The notes: generated by a model not told the origin, from the letters alone. A stretch of 64,000 nucleotides of DNA from Callorhinchus milii (GCF_018977255.1 NW_024704743.1:104162001-104226000); one strand, 5' to 3'. Positions 12,984-26,315 are shown, counted from the first letter of the stretch. Numbers and translations are program-made.

Positions 12984-13334
12984 ATTTAAGATAAAAAACA
13001 ATTCTTACCATCAATTGTGGTTGGGACCTCATCCCGATGTAAAAGGCACTATATAAGTCCAATTTGTTGTTGTTGTAGTGAATGTTTTTTGTAGGCAAAA
13101 CATTAGCATTTTGCCCACAATAAAGTCCCTCAGACAATCATGAGGTGAACGGTGAATATATCCAGAAGATGTTGGCTAGAACATTGGGAGAAATTTTCCT
13201 TTTCATCAACTAATGTTATTAGGTCTTTAATGTCAATATTAACAGGCAGATGGAACCCAGGTTTAATATTCCATCCAAAGGCTGGCACATCTGACAGTGC
13301 AGAACTGTACTAGAGTATGAATATAAGCCCCTCA

Positions 13335-13970
13335 CACCTCTGAAATTGGTCCACGCCTTTATCACCTCAAGGCTGGACTATGGGAACTCTCTCCTCGCCG
13401 GCACCTCCCTCCACAAGCTGCAGGTCATTCAGAACTCTGCAGCTTGTGTACTGACCCGCACCAGGCTTCGGGACCACATCACTCCCACCCTCGCTCGCCT
13501 CCACTGGCTCCCCATCCCCCAGAGGATCGATTTCAAGATCCTCATCCTCACCTACAAGGCGATTCACGGCCTTGCTCCCTCCTACCTCTCCAACCTACTA
13601 TCCTCCTACCTTCCTGCCCGTACCCTCCATTCCTCTGGCTCCGGTCTGCTCCACATCCCCCGCCCCAACCGCCCTACCATCGGTGGCCGGGCCTTCAGCC
13701 TCTCAGCCCCTAGGCTCTGGAACTCTATCCCCCAGTGCCTTCGCCTTGCCTCCTCCCTTTCCTCCTCCTTCAAGGCCGGTCTCAAGACCTTTCTCTTTGA
13801 CTGTGCCTTCAGCTCCCCTCTCGACTCTCTACCCCCTCCTCGCTCCCTCCCTTCCATCCCCTCCCCCTGACCATTTCCCCCCTGCTCGGGTCCTGACCCA
13901 ACTGTACAGCGCCTTGGGACGTCCTCCCGACGTGAAAGGCGCTCTATAAATGGAATCTTGTTGTTGTTGT
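13335..13970 (+). mobile_element. Young L2 LINE 3' fragment
   Basis: Open frame VHAFITSRLDYGNSLL...LHWLPIPQRIDFKIL...GGRAFSLSAPRLWNS; nearly identical to 46250..46645; (TTG)n tail. Confidence 0.92.
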
Positions 13971-14229
13971 AAGCCAAGACTGTGAGCTCAAGTCATGACG
14001 TGGAGCTTGAACCCACAAGTTTCTCACCCAAATTGCTATCAACCGAGTAAAGCTGCCACATGTGATGTCCATAAAATACAGAATTGATAGAAAAATAAAG
14101 AACAAAAATTGGCAAGAGAGGATGTGTAGAGTAACATTCACCAAATTATGTATGGCCACATAACTAGGTGACCTGAACTGCCATCACCTGAGGTTATTTA
14201 TTGATATTCAATTAATTAATTTTACGTCA

Positions 14230-14735
14230 TACAATACAAAATTACACTTGTAAAGTGCCTTTCACGGTCGGAGGATGTCTCAAGGTGCTGCAGAGTCAGG
14301 AATTAGGACCCAAGCCAGAGGGGTTAGGATCAGTGAGGGTAGGAAGCTGGCCGAAGGCGCAGTTGAAAAGGTGGGTCTTGAGGCGTGCCTTGAAGAAGGC
14401 AAGGAACAGAGCAAGGTGAAGGGAATGTGGGATGGAGTTCCAGAGGGTGGGGGCAGCGAGGCTGAAGGCCCGACTGCCGATGGTGGGGCGGTCCAGGCAG
14501 GGAAAACGGAGCAAGCCGGAGCCTGCTGAGTGGAGGAATCAGACAGGTTGATAAAGGTTAGCAGGTTGGAGAGGTAGTAAGGGTAAGGCCATGGAGGGCA
14601 ATGAAGGTAAGGACGAGAATTCTGAACTTGATCCTCTGAGGGATGGGGAGCCAGTGGAGCCGGGCGAGGGTGGATGTGATGGGTCACAGAGCCTGGTGAG
14701 GGAGAGGACACAAGCTGCAGAGTTCTGGATGATAC
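14230..14735 (-). mobile_element. L2 LINE 3' fragment
   Basis: IIQNSAACVL and RPTIGSRAFSLAAPTLWNSIP on the minus strand. Confidence 0.85.
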
Positions 14736-15118
14736 ATTTAAGAGAATACATTTTAAGCACTCCGACATGCTACCCGGGTGAAGGGTGCTATGTAAGTGCA
14801 AGCTGTTGTTATTTTGCTTGGCACATCCCAAACCAAAGAACGAGGCCAGTATAGAAGTACTCTTCCTAGATTCTGAAAATGATACATTACATTCCCATAA
14901 TGCTGAAGGATACATAGCCGTAGATCACTAAACTGATGTGTTAGAGATTAACATTTCCTGAAGTGCTATGATAATAAAGTCACAATAAATCTTTCAAGTT
15001 TACCTTAAAAACTGATTTGTGGAATCTGTTCATCATATTAGTAATTTAGTTAATTCAGGAAATAAACTGAAGGATAATCATCATCATGATTTAATTATAA
15101 ACCTTTACAATCCTGCAG

Positions 15119-15315
15119 GCTATCCTTTCAACAAACAGCCCTGGATCTAGAGAAGAACCATCAACCAGAACCTGGCACTGCATCCAATGGACTCTTCCAT
15201 TGCCACTACAATAAAAATGCCCTTGAAAAGAGAAAGATGGAGCAACAGAAATCTAAAATAAGGCTTTATAGAGCTTTGGCAATTTGTCTGGTCTTTATGA
15301 TTGGGGAGATTGTTG
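15119..15315 (+). CDS. SLC30A8: ZnT8 exon 2 (HCH motif, TM1)
   Basis: Acceptor cctgcag|, donor G|GTGAGT; LSFQQTALDLEKNHQPEPGTASNGLFHCHYNKNALEKRKMEQQKSKIRLYRALAICLVFMIGEIV contains the HCH motif of ZnT2/3/8. Confidence 0.93.
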
Positions 15316-16909
15316 GTGAGTGCGAGTCATTTTTAAGCATTAATGATTGACATGGAGGTTAGAAAAGTGCTCTTTGGCAAACAGCAATGTGAACAGTTCT
15401 AGAACCATGTAAATCTGGAAGTAAATTGTGTTTCTTCCAATCAACCCCTTGTACATGCCTATCCACGCAACCTTGGCTCTGACCTGCGATCCTCTCAGAA
15501 CCGAATTCTTGTTAGTTGGAATGATATGCAAGCAGAACAACTTTATATCTTGAGGCATTTCTGCTACAAGGTGCCATTTGAAAGATGAGCACATTTTTTC
15601 CCCATCATATGTGATATTTATTGAATTCATGTACTTATTTTTTAACTCTTGGGTATTTACATGGTGTTACGCTCAGCAATAAATTCTCAGATTTTGCACT
15701 ATTTGTTGCAATGATCATAATCCTTGCTTTTGACATAGCACCTTATCATCTCATCAATATATCTCAAAGTGCTTCACAGGATTTCATAGTGAAGTGCATT
15801 AGCTTTCTATTTGTAGGCAAAACGTTGCTGTCAATTTATGCATAACAATAACTCACAAACAGCCATAAAATGAATGACCAATTTGTTATTGTGCACCAGT
15901 AAAAAAATAATGGGTTTGGAGGCCTAAAATTCTATCTAACCTGTAAGGCTATTTTATCATGGGATTTAAGAATGGGTAAAATTGCGAAAAAACATTCATC
16001 CTAACTTTGGAACTTATTTCTTTTTAAGAATAGTGGAAAACCAAATAAAGGTTGAATTGAAGAATTTTCCACAATTCTGCACAGTCTTAAATTTGAAAAC
16101 AAAATTCTTTTACAGGGCAAGACTGGGTAAAATGTTAAGCCTCACTCAGCTCCATAAGAATGAAACCAAAAAAAGCTTATGAGCGAAATAGTGACTGGAA
16201 ATACAGTATGGTGAAAACCAGTCATTCTTGCAAAGTCCCCAAAAAAGTCTTGTTAACAAAACAGAAAGTCATTTCCTGTCACGATTTTGTGTGTTATCTT
16301 TGTTGGAGGATTTTACCAATTTGGCAAAATCATAACGCAAGAACTCACAAACCATAGGTGACAATTAGCCAAATAAATATTAGCTTGGAAATATTACAAA
16401 TAAATCCTCACTGTGTCAAGTGCAAATGATTATTGAAAATCTATTTGTTTATAGCCGATGAGCCTGTGCATGCATGTTTGAAATTTTATATGCTATGGGA
16501 GTTGCACCCCGGAATCACAAAGGATTTGTAAATATTGAATTCTCCTGTAACAAGATCTGCATCATGCTGAGCTAAGCTACTCCAGTGTGATGCCCTTCAA
16601 TGCTTTGGAACGGAGCACCCAACAGGTTCGGGTGATACACATTTGGTTTTGGACAGGATTCAATATTCAACTTTGAGGAAAGCAGATGCATTCCTGGGCT
16701 GTACGAGTCTCATTTACATCAATTGCAAGAATCAGGGCATTGCATCTCTCATAAACTTTGTGATTTTCAAAAGTGATTTCATAGTTCTTCTGCTAAAACC
16801 ACTGATCAATATTTAGGTAAAAGGCAATGGAAAGGCATTTATTAGTAATCTGCTGTTTTTTCACTAATATCTTTGGTGTGCATTTCCTGACAATTTGTTA
16901 GACTTTGTT

Positions 16910-17640
16910 AATCTATCCCTCTTCTCCCTCTTTGAAGCTCCATCAAAACCCCTGTTTTAACTCTCTTCCTAAAACAAATCCTGATCCTTCTAATTTTGCT
17001 ACCAGCTACCAGCCCATTTCAAACTTGACCTTCATTTCTAAAGAACTGGAATGCATTGTTGCCAACCAAGATCACTCACACCTCTCCCTCCACTCCTTAC
17101 TCGAGCCCCTCCAGTCTGGGTTCTGACCTGCCCATAGCACTGAGACAGCACTTGTCAAAATCACAAATGACCAGATCTGCTTCCTAGTCTTCCTGGACCT
17201 TTCCGCTATCTTCAACACAGTCGATCATGCCTTCCTCCTCGACCACCTTTCCTCCCTCATTTACCTGGGACTGCACTCGCCTGTTTGTGTCCTACTTGAC
17301 ACACCACCATCACTACATCTCTGCAAATGTTGATTCCTTCCACCCCCATTGGGTCACCATACTCCAATGCTCCATCCTTGAACCCCTCCTTTTCCTCATT
17401 TACATGCACCCTCTAATTGATGTCATCTGCAGACATGGGGTCAACTTCCACATTTTTGCAGATGGCACCCAAGTCTTCTCCTCCTCCGGCTGTCACCCCA
17501 GATCCTCTTGTTTTTCTGTCCTCTTTCTCGTCAGACATCAAGGCCTGGATGAACGCCAACTTTCTGCAGCTGAATCTCGACAAGGTAGAAGCTATAATCC
17601 TTGGTTCCCATCAATAGCTTCTCACCGACAGCTCTGAACC
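16910..17640 (+). mobile_element. Decayed L2 RT fragment
   Basis: YQPISNLTFISKELE, LQSGF, FADGTQ and ANFLQLNLDK motifs. Confidence 0.8.
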
Positions 17641-17869
17641 TCCTTAAACTCTGTTGATTCAAATTGTCACTATATTTTAATTTTATTTATTTGTATTTAA
17701 ATCAAATTGTTGACTCTAAAATTGGTGAATCTTTGTGTGATTTAGGGTCCGGAGTCAATCAAGCTCACACAGACAGGTGAAAATGAACTTTTCAACCTTT
17801 ATAGAGCAATGTGCATGACAAAGGAAGGTATAATTACCAAACCAGAGAACAGAATACACAGTTGCAGGA

Positions 17870-18160
17870 GTTTACCTGGCAGTAAGTAGGAACCCAGTTG
17901 TTAGTCTATTGGCGGATCACTTTTTATGGGTACTAATCTCTTTTTTTCTTTTATTACTTACTAATCCCTAAAAAAAATGTGGTCGCTCAATGGTCACTCA
18001 ATCCATGACTATTCGTGGGACATTGCTGCTGTGCAATTGGCTGCCACTTTACGTCCACAAAATATAGTCAATCAACTTTACAATATATTCTGTGAAGTGC
18101 TTTGAGACGTCTCAATGACATAATAAGGCACTATATCAAATGCAAGGATTATTATTAGTA
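17870..18160 (+). mobile_element. SINE family A, long subfamily, 5'-truncated
   Basis: Begins in the internal segment (tttacctggcagtaagtaggaacccag) and ends in the TTA tail. Confidence 0.75.
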
Positions 18161-18624
18161 TAATTTTCCTCTCAGTTGTTGCTTAGTTTTTTCTTTCTTT
18201 TCTCCCTTCATCTGTTCCAACTTTAGGCTGGTTAGTGCTCAGTATTTATACACAGGAACAAACACGTTTTTGGACGTGGCCTTCATGACCATCTAGTTTG
18301 GCTCATAGATACTGTTTTCTTATTTTTACTCCTCACCTAACAATGACCACCATCTATTTGATTTTCTGCAAGGCCACCTAGTTATCATACACAGGCACCA
18401 CTTCTTTGTCTTATTTCTCACATAATACCGGTTACTTGTTGAACATTCCTTTTCCCGTGTAACTATACTATATAGAGCAAGGATATTAGATAAAGAAAAG
18501 ACAGACATTATTCATTTCTAGCTAGTAAGCAAGTTACACTTTACATCAGCAATCATCACTTAAAGAAACAGGAGGACAAATGTTCAATCATTTTTCATTA
18601 TAGGAAAAATACAGTGAATCCCCA

Positions 18625-18930
18625 GCCTGAACCTGTGAGCATCCTATGTGTTAGGTTTGTTCCTCTACTATTCTTCCTATTCCACATCAGTTCCTTGACC
18701 AGGATCACTTTTCTCCACCTCCGCCATATTGTCTGCCTCCGACAGTAACTTACACTCAATGCAGCCAAAACCCTTATCCATGCATTTGTCACCTCCCGGC
18801 TTGATTATTCCAAAGGCCTCCTTGCCGGTCTCCCCAGCTCCATCATTCATAAAATTCAATCAATTCAAAACTCTGCCACCTGTATCCTCACCCACATGAG
18901 ACTGCGTACTGCCATCACTTCAATTCTTGC
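18625..18930 (+). mobile_element. L2 fragment
   Basis: Similar to 6770..7070 (FLHLRHI, HAFVTSRLDY, IQNSA). Confidence 0.75.
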
Positions 18931-18959
18931 CAATATAGATCTTGCCAATATAGATCATT

Positions 18960-19261
18960 GTGGAGTCCTGTAGCTCAGTGTTCAGCGCACTCGCTTTGCA
19001 AGCGAGAGATCTGAGTTCAATTCCAGGCAGGGCGAAACCTTGGGCAAGTTTCCTTACTCCACACACCTAATAATAATCCCTCCAAAAAAACAAAACAATA
19101 ATAAATTGGTCATTTTCAATCCACGACTGTTTGTGGGACATTGCTGTGCGCAATTGGCTGCCGCGTTCACCCACAAATATAGTCAATTCACTTTACAGTA
19201 TATTCTGTGAAGTGCTTTGGGACGTCCTCCCGACGTGAAAAGCGCTATATCAAATGCAAGG

Positions 19262-19311
<50 letters not shown>
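18960..19311 (+). mobile_element. SINE family A, short subfamily with long (TAT)n tail, inserted into a CR1 3' fragment
   Basis: Flanks caatatagatcat | gacaggctgtttc are contiguous in the uninterrupted CR1 copy at ~42865..42890. Confidence 0.85.
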
Positions 19312-19650
19312 GACAGGCTGTTTCAGTTTGTCCAGAATAGTAAAACCAGAGGACACAGCCTGCGATTGAAGGGTGGGGGGAGTAAATTCAGAACGAATCT
19401 ACGGAAACACTATTTTATTGAGTAAATGGTAAACCTGTGGAACAGGCTCCCAAGGGAGATGCTTCAAGCAGGACGTGTTGATTTCTTTAAACACAGATTA
19501 GATGGTTTCTTTTTGAAAATAACATTATGGGATATAGTACATAGGTAGTTCAAGACACACATGTGCATGCAACCGCCAAGAAGGTGGAAGGTAAACAAGA
19601 TGGACTTTGGTCTTTTTTCATCTAACATTTCTTTTGTTATATTCTTATAG
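19312..19650 (+). mobile_element. CR1 LINE 3' end fragment
   Basis: DRLFQFVQNSKTRGHSLRL...FRTNLRKHYF; collinear with 42878..43190. Confidence 0.85.
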
Positions 19651-20288
19651 AGCAGAAAGTCAGAAATCTGATCTATGCTGAGTTCACCCATGACATATTT
19701 GTCTTGCAGAGTTGAGGGCATATCTATGACATTGATACCTTCAAATTTTGGGTTGAACTATTTTGGACTTCCCAGGCCTCTTCAGAGCTAACTCAGCCTC
19801 ATGAGACCTTGCTTCCCCACTCCCCCCAGATAGAATAATAATAATATAATAATAATGCTTACATTTGATATAGTGCTTTTCACGTCTTCTAGACTCTCAA
19901 AGCGCTTCACAGAATATACTGTAAAGTGAACTGACTTTATATTTGTGAGTGAAATATAATATAAATATATATACAGATTTTATTGATCCCAAAAGTGAAT
20001 GAACTCTCCAGGATGCATTGACCACTTATTTGAGTGAGATACCAGAAGATTGTTGATATTTCTATATGACTACTTATGTGAGTTTCTCTGACATATTTTT
20101 AATAAGGGTATGTTTACTGGATGTAATGCTACTTGACTGAAATATTAACTGGAAATAACCGACTAAAGATGTCAATTTGCATTAATACACATTAAATAAA
20201 TTATATTGGCCAAGTATTAAATTGTGGTGACATTTACCAGACCGAGTGGAATAGTTCCATTGTTTGCCTTTTATTCCTTTTTTCTTAG

Positions 20289-20435
20289 GTGGCTATTTCG
20301 CAAGCAGTCTGGCTGTTATGACAGATGCAGCTCATCTTCTGGTGGACTTCATAAGTTTCCTGATCAGCTTGTTTTCATTGTGGTTGTCTTCAAGGCCAGT
20401 CACAAAGAAATTAAATTTTGGATGGTACAGAGCAG
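20289..20435 (+). CDS. SLC30A8: ZnT8 exon 3 (TM2 HxxxD zinc site)
   Basis: [49 protein letters not shown]; 147 nt; ttcttag| and |GTACG splice sites. Confidence 0.96.
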
Positions 20436-20980
20436 GTACGAGTTACAGACAACAACCTTTTAAAAGGGGATAGGATGCCTAGTTAGAGAGAAAAATATCA
20501 ATGGAAGAGCAAGTGAGCCAAATGTTCTGGCTGTGACTGTCTGTGCCACCAGCAGCAAACAACCAACCAAACTGAACTAAACCCAGCCTAGAGGAGGGCA
20601 GAACAGCCCAACCCAATCCAACCAACCAAACTAAACCAAACCTAAGGTTTTACCTCCCGTCTGCACTGTTCTTCCGGTCATTCTCTGCGCAACCTCTCAC
20701 AAGTTTGTATGAGGCGCGGAGATGAGGTCTCAGGGGGCCCGGGATATTGTTCATGCCTTTATCTCCTGTCCACCCATCACTCTCTATGATGTCTCTCCTC
20801 ATATGAGGAGATCTTAAAAACTGATGAAGCGCTATAAAAATGCAAGTTTTTTCTCATGAGAGGATTAACCACACAATATTTTAACAACAATTTCAACAGC
20901 ATTTATTTAGCACTTCTCACATGGACTCTGCTCATTTCCTGACAGACTTGTGCTCTTTTTGCTGTCTAAGCCTCAATGAT

Positions 20981-21355
20981 TGTGTCCTGTAGCATATTGG
21001 TTAGAACACTCGCCTCGCAAATGAGAGGACCTAGGTTTGATTCCCGGGCAGGCCGAAACCTTAGAAAAGTTTTCTTCCTCCGTACACATCTGTTTATGTA
21101 GCAGTAAGTAGGAACCCGGTATATAGTCAATTGATGGATCACTTTTCCGGGGGTAATGATCCCTTAAAAAAGTAATAATTTGGCCACTCAATCCACCACT
21201 GTTTGTGAGACATTGTTGTGTGCTATTGGCTGCCGCGTTCTCCCACAAAATTTACAGTCAATTCACTTTACACTATATTCTGTGAAGCGCTTTGTGACAT
21301 CTTAATGACGTGATAAAGCGCTATATCAAATGCAAGGATTATTATTGTTGTTATT
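20981..21355 (+). mobile_element. SINE family A, long subfamily (intron 3)
   Basis: Full head, internal segment and tail; ends about 45 nt before the exon 4 acceptor. Confidence 0.85.
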
Positions 21356-21400
21356 ATGATGATGATTAAATAAAAAGATGTCCTACTTTGTCCTTCCTAG

Positions 21401-21554
21401 AGATTCTCGGTGCCCTCTTTTCAGTTTTCACAATTTGGGTTGTGACAGGAGTATTGGTGGCCTTTGCTTGTAAGAGGCTGATCAGTGGCGATTATGAAAT
21501 TAATGGAGTCATCATGCTTATAACATCTAGCTGTGCAGTGATAGCAAATATAAT
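21401..21554 (+). CDS. SLC30A8: ZnT8 exon 4 (TM3-TM4)
   Basis: [51 protein letters not shown]; 154 nt; ttcctag| and |GTAAGT. Confidence 0.96.
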
Positions 21555-21654
21555 GTAAGTTACCTTTCTACAGCTCTTCAGCACTCTCTATGTGTACTTT
21601 TTTTTAAAAGAAATCAAACGATATTTACAATACTATTTTTAAAAAGTATTTATC

Positions 21655-21992
21655 ACTGATTGCTCAGTGGGTAAATATGCCACCCCATTGTGATATTGAG
21701 CCTTCCAGACAAAGTAGATGCTCGATTTAATCTATCTCCAGTGCTCGTCAGTTATTCACAGGACCAGTGGGGCACTTCCAATTGCTTTAGACTAGGAAGG
21801 GGAGGCATTTAGCTAGGATTTCTGCCTCTGATGTATAGTTGGTAACCATGTTAGAAGTGTGACCTGTGAGTTAAAATATGATTGAGCTTTATCATAGCAA
21901 CTCTGCCCAGCTCCCTCTGGGTGAATAGCCCATCGATACTGACAGTCCAGGCTCACACACAATAAGTTATCCCTCAGGCAAGATACCGCAGG
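21655..21992 (+). mobile_element. Ancient SINE, LF-SINE-like (intron 4)
   Basis: gctcagtgggtaaat head, gaatagccc...gtccaggctcacac 3' part; related reverse pieces at ~27090..27300 and ~51700..51950. Family assignment is from memory. Confidence 0.45.
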
Positions 21993-22197
21993 TCAGAAAT
22001 ATCTCATGGTCTCGAGCCTTAAATCTCCATTGCCTTAACGATTAACATTGTGGAATAGTCTAAATTCAATCTACATTTAAATGCCCGTTTTCCATGGCTC
22101 TTCAAAAGAAACAGCAGAAAAATCGATTTCAATATTTAATGTGATCCATTTTTGAAATGTAATTCAAAAGTAAAGTTATAATAACTGTATTTTCCAG

Positions 22198-22384
22198 AAT
22201 GGGATTTGCGCTCCATGAAGGTGGTCATGGGCACAGCCATGGAAAAAGTAGGAATGAGCGTCTAGACGAATCTGATCACAGCCATCAACCAAACGCCAGT
22301 GTTCGGGCTGCGTTCATTCATGTAGTGGGAGACCTCTTCCAGAGCATCAGTGTGTTTATTAGTGCACTCATCATTTATTTGAAG
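22198..22384 (+). CDS. SLC30A8: ZnT8 exon 5 (His-rich loop, TM5 HxxxD)
   Basis: [70 protein letters not shown] and [15 protein letters not shown] are ZnT8-type; tttccag| and |GTCAGT. Confidence 0.96.
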
Positions 22385-23957
22385 GTCAGTTTTCACTTGG
22401 CACTGGAAAGGAGGGAGTGAAGGGCTGGAGAGGAAAGAGTGAAGGGTGGTATTGTGGTGAGAGAGATATGAGTTGATAAGTTTCATCTACAGGGTGGATT
22501 CAAAATTTGACTAATTTACAGAACTATGATCTGAGTATATTCAAACTCAATGACACATTGTTGACAATCTGAATACACTTGCCAGGTGTTACTTTGGAGT
22601 AGGTTGTAAATTTTGCTGCAAACAGCTAACATACAAGTTAGTATCTGATTTGCAACATGGAGCAGATACTGTATGGAAGATGGAAATAGTAGATAGCCTG
22701 TGCTGGTTGCAACATAGGAGGAGCAGTTGGGTTAGAGCTATCTAATAAGCAATACCAGTCAATTGACTTAATCAATGTGGTTTAGAAAAATATCCACTTC
22801 AGGCAATGCACTGGTGCCTTTTTAGTACATTCTTTTAGTATAACCCACAGTGGTACAATGTGTTCTCTCCAGTTGGTAGATTGCAGGACAAAATACAGGT
22901 ACTGGCTGTTCCATACAGTTCAAGCAGACAGGTGTACTGAAATGAAATACATCCACCATTTCACCATTACTTCCTGACGAGAAGCAAAGTTAATCTTGGC
23001 CATTCTCACACATTTTAAGACATGTGGGCAAGAACTGAAGGCATGGCTTGTGGAGACAGTCAAATAAACTGCATACAGGAAAATCGAAAAGGGGGCAATA
23101 CTGACTAATAAAATGTGGCGTTAAATAACTGCAAATAATAGCAGTTAAATAGTAGAAATCTAATCAAATATTTTGGGATCAAAAGTCCGGTGCTGAACAA
23201 TATGAAAATAACATGTTTTTCAACCAAATTCCATGCAAAGCATTCATCATTGGGTGTAGTGTACGTACGGCAAGTGTCTGGCTGCCAAGTCAATCAGGGT
23301 ATGGGAAGCAAGGGCTATTGGGCTATAATTTCTTGCCACTTTGAAGGAGATAAGTGTGATTTTTTAATCTAAATACTATGTGCGGGATTCCTTGATGACT
23401 ATGGAAAACACTCTGAAAATTGTGTTACTTGAATGTCATGTTAGTTGTTCATGACACTTGAGGATCTCTTTTGAACTGGACCACTTCTTCCAGAATTTGT
23501 TGATTTTTACAACTCCCCTGCTTATTCTCTGTGTACTTGGAATTAGTATGGAGAGTTGGGGTGGAAGGATGTGTGAAAATTATCTGCTTTTTTGCATTGC
23601 TTTTAGCTCTTAAAGAGACCTCTACCACCTTGCAGCTTTTAGTGACTGCACAGTTTTATGTATGCTAACACTTTTGACAGATCTGTTGCCACTTTAATAT
23701 GTTGTAAATATACATAGTGTAGACATCTGAAATCGACATAATTTCTGGAGTGTGCCTGTTCTCCTTCCCAAAAATATTTTAAGGGATTCAGGATTGCTTT
23801 CGTACATTTCTTTTCTCAACCCAAAACAAGCTGCTCTAATTTCCCAAGTAAAGTTGCATTCATTAAATTGCCATTAATAAATCCTCCCTTAATTTACGGA
23901 AATATCAAAGTAACAACACATTTGAGTTATTAATTATATCTGTATTCTGTCTTCCAG

Positions 23958-24063
23958 CCTGAGTACAAAATAGCTGATCCTGTCTGCACTTTTATTTTCT
24001 CTCTGTTTGTGCTGGCAACAACTATCACCATTCTCCGGGATATTTTGCTGGTGCTAATGGAAG
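23958..24063 (+). CDS. SLC30A8: ZnT8 exon 6 (TM6)
   Basis: [35 protein letters not shown]; 106 nt; cttccag| and |GTAATT. Confidence 0.96.
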
Positions 24064-24420
24064 GTAATTCCTGCATTTTTCTGCAACACTGCCTTTCCAC
24101 TAAAGCCAGTGGCATTGAGTTGGAATATGTTCAGGTCACAAATAGTTTTGAGTATCACTGAGATGGGGAAAAATGCAACCTGTAATGAGTGTATCAGCAC
24201 TGGCCATGGAAGTGACGTTCCAATGTTCCATCCCTGATCTTGTATTCTCTCAACCCCACCCCATTGTGGATTTTAGCACAATGATTGGGTTTAAAGCTAG
24301 CTTAAAAATTCTGACAATCTCCATGTTTGTTTGTCAGGACCATGGAATGGGTTGCCGTTGTTGTTGATTATTGAGTGCAGAGTTCCAGTGCTGCTGCATG
24401 AGATACCAGCTTTATTGATA

Positions 24421-24820
24421 TTAGCTTGGCTCAGTTGGTTGCCGGCTTGCCTCTGAGTCAGGGTACAAGCCCCCGTGTTGAGCTCACACAATTACAGTGC
24501 TGGGGGAGTGCTGCATTGTTGGAGGTTCCGACTTCTGGGTGAGACATTAAACCGAGGTCCTGCCTGCAAGGTCAGGTGGGGGTTAATGATCCCATGTCAC
24601 TATTCAAAAAGAGAAGGGAGTTTCTCCCAGTGTCCTGGCCAATAATCCCCTAAAAAAAATTGGTCATTCACTTCAGGAATGATATAGCTGTGCACAAATT
24701 GGCTGCTGCATTCACCGACAAAATACACAGTCACTAAATTCTACGGTGATTCCTGTGAGGTGTTTTGAGATGTTCTCTTAATGTGAAAGGTGCTATTTTA
24801 AATGTAAGGATTATTATAGG
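24421..24820 (+). mobile_element. SINE family B (DeuSINE-like), intron 6
   Basis: tggctcagttggt head, gagacattaaaccgaggtcc...gatcccatg...gtgtcctggccaa core, L2-like tail. Confidence 0.7.
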
Positions 24821-25003
24821 ATTCTTACTATTAAATTGCTGAAGCTGCACAATTAGATTAGGGCAGTGTCCACTAGTTACCACATTTGCTTAATAAAAAA
24901 AAGGCACTACACATGTCAGTAATTACTGTGAAGGGCTTTCAGATGTTTTGATGTTATATGCGTTTTATAACTATAAGTTCTCTCTATATCTGATTTGCTT
25001 CAG

Positions 25004-25138
25004 GAACACCAACAGGACTGAATTACACTGCCGTGAAAGAAAAGATTCTAAGAGTTAAGGGAGTGGAAACAGTGCATGGCCTTCATCTCTGGGCCCTCAC
25101 CATGAACCAGAACCTCCTGTCAGCACATGTTACCATAG
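25004..25138 (+). CDS. SLC30A8: ZnT8 exon 7 (cytosolic C-terminal domain)
   Basis: [45 protein letters not shown]; 135 nt; cttcag| and |GTCAGT. Confidence 0.96.
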
Positions 25139-26315
25139 GTCAGTAAATACATATATATCATCCCTACTTCTGGACTCATTCAGTCACCAAGTACAACATT
25201 TATTATACGTATATATAACTAGAAATTCAGAGGTCATAGTGATGTGATATTTATCATGTTGAATGGGCCGAAGATGATCTCTCACCCTGACTTGGTATCA
25301 ATGGTGGTAACCTTGAAGTCACATATTATGCATGCAGTTCGCAGGTCACGTTTTTCAATGGTAAGATATTGGGATACTGTCATTTATAATATTTCATTCA
25401 TTAAAAGTCTTTAGTCTGTGAACCCCAATCATAGGCAGTGAACCATGAGCCTCAGACTCACCATTGAGCACAGTGCCCCGACTCTCCTAATACCTGATTC
25501 CCACTCTGACTATGAGATCAGTCTCTATACTTTCCTACTACCTAACTTTCCCGCTACCACCTAACTTTCCTGCTGCATTTAGCACAGATCATATTTGAAA
25601 CTGAGAAATTGACTGGAAAAGAGGGCTTGGAAGTAGCTCTCAAGTTGAAGTTGAATCTCAATAAAATTGGTTATTAGTTGTGAGACATCTTATGTTTTAT
25701 GACTTTGAAGCAATTGCTTATGAACAGTTATATCAGTTGATTGATTCTGTCTGTCTCAATATGTACATGGGAACCTTGTTATGTTATACTGCCCTCGCTT
25801 ATAGCATGGACCTATGGAACTGTATCCCAGAGAAGAAGAAAACAGAGGATAAAACACTTTCAGAAAATGTGGAGAAAAGGGAAAATACACTATAATACAA
25901 CTTATATTTATAAAGAGCCTTTCATATCGGAAGGATGTCCCAAAGGGCTTGAAAATTCTGGCTGGGCACCAACGCTGAGTGTGGGAGCTGTTGGGGTGGG
26001 GGGGAGGTGCGTGACAAGAAGATAGATGACAAAAAGCGCTGGCAAAGAGGTACTTTACCTTGAAAGAGGAGAGGGAGAGAATTGCAAGTCGAAGAAACCT
26101 GGGAATGGATTTCCAGAGAGCAGCCACCAAGTGGCTGAACCCCCCCCCCACCACTCTCGAAGATGGAGGTAGATAGGCATTTTAAGTCACAAGGATGTGA
26201 CATTTTAAGTCATAAATGCCTTTTACTGCTGTTTGGGCATCCAGGATGGGAATAGGAGCCTGAAGGGTTTGGGAGAGAGAGAGAAATGTATAAAAACAAT
26301 TCTTCTCACTTACAG

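Noticed and set aside
19255..19311. Poly-Tyr ORF
   Set aside because: SINE (TAT)n tail.
20790..20850. CTGATGA next to a small palindrome as a hammerhead
   Set aside because: No stem II followed by GAAA; the context matches a retroposon 3' tail (aagcgctataaaaatgcaag).
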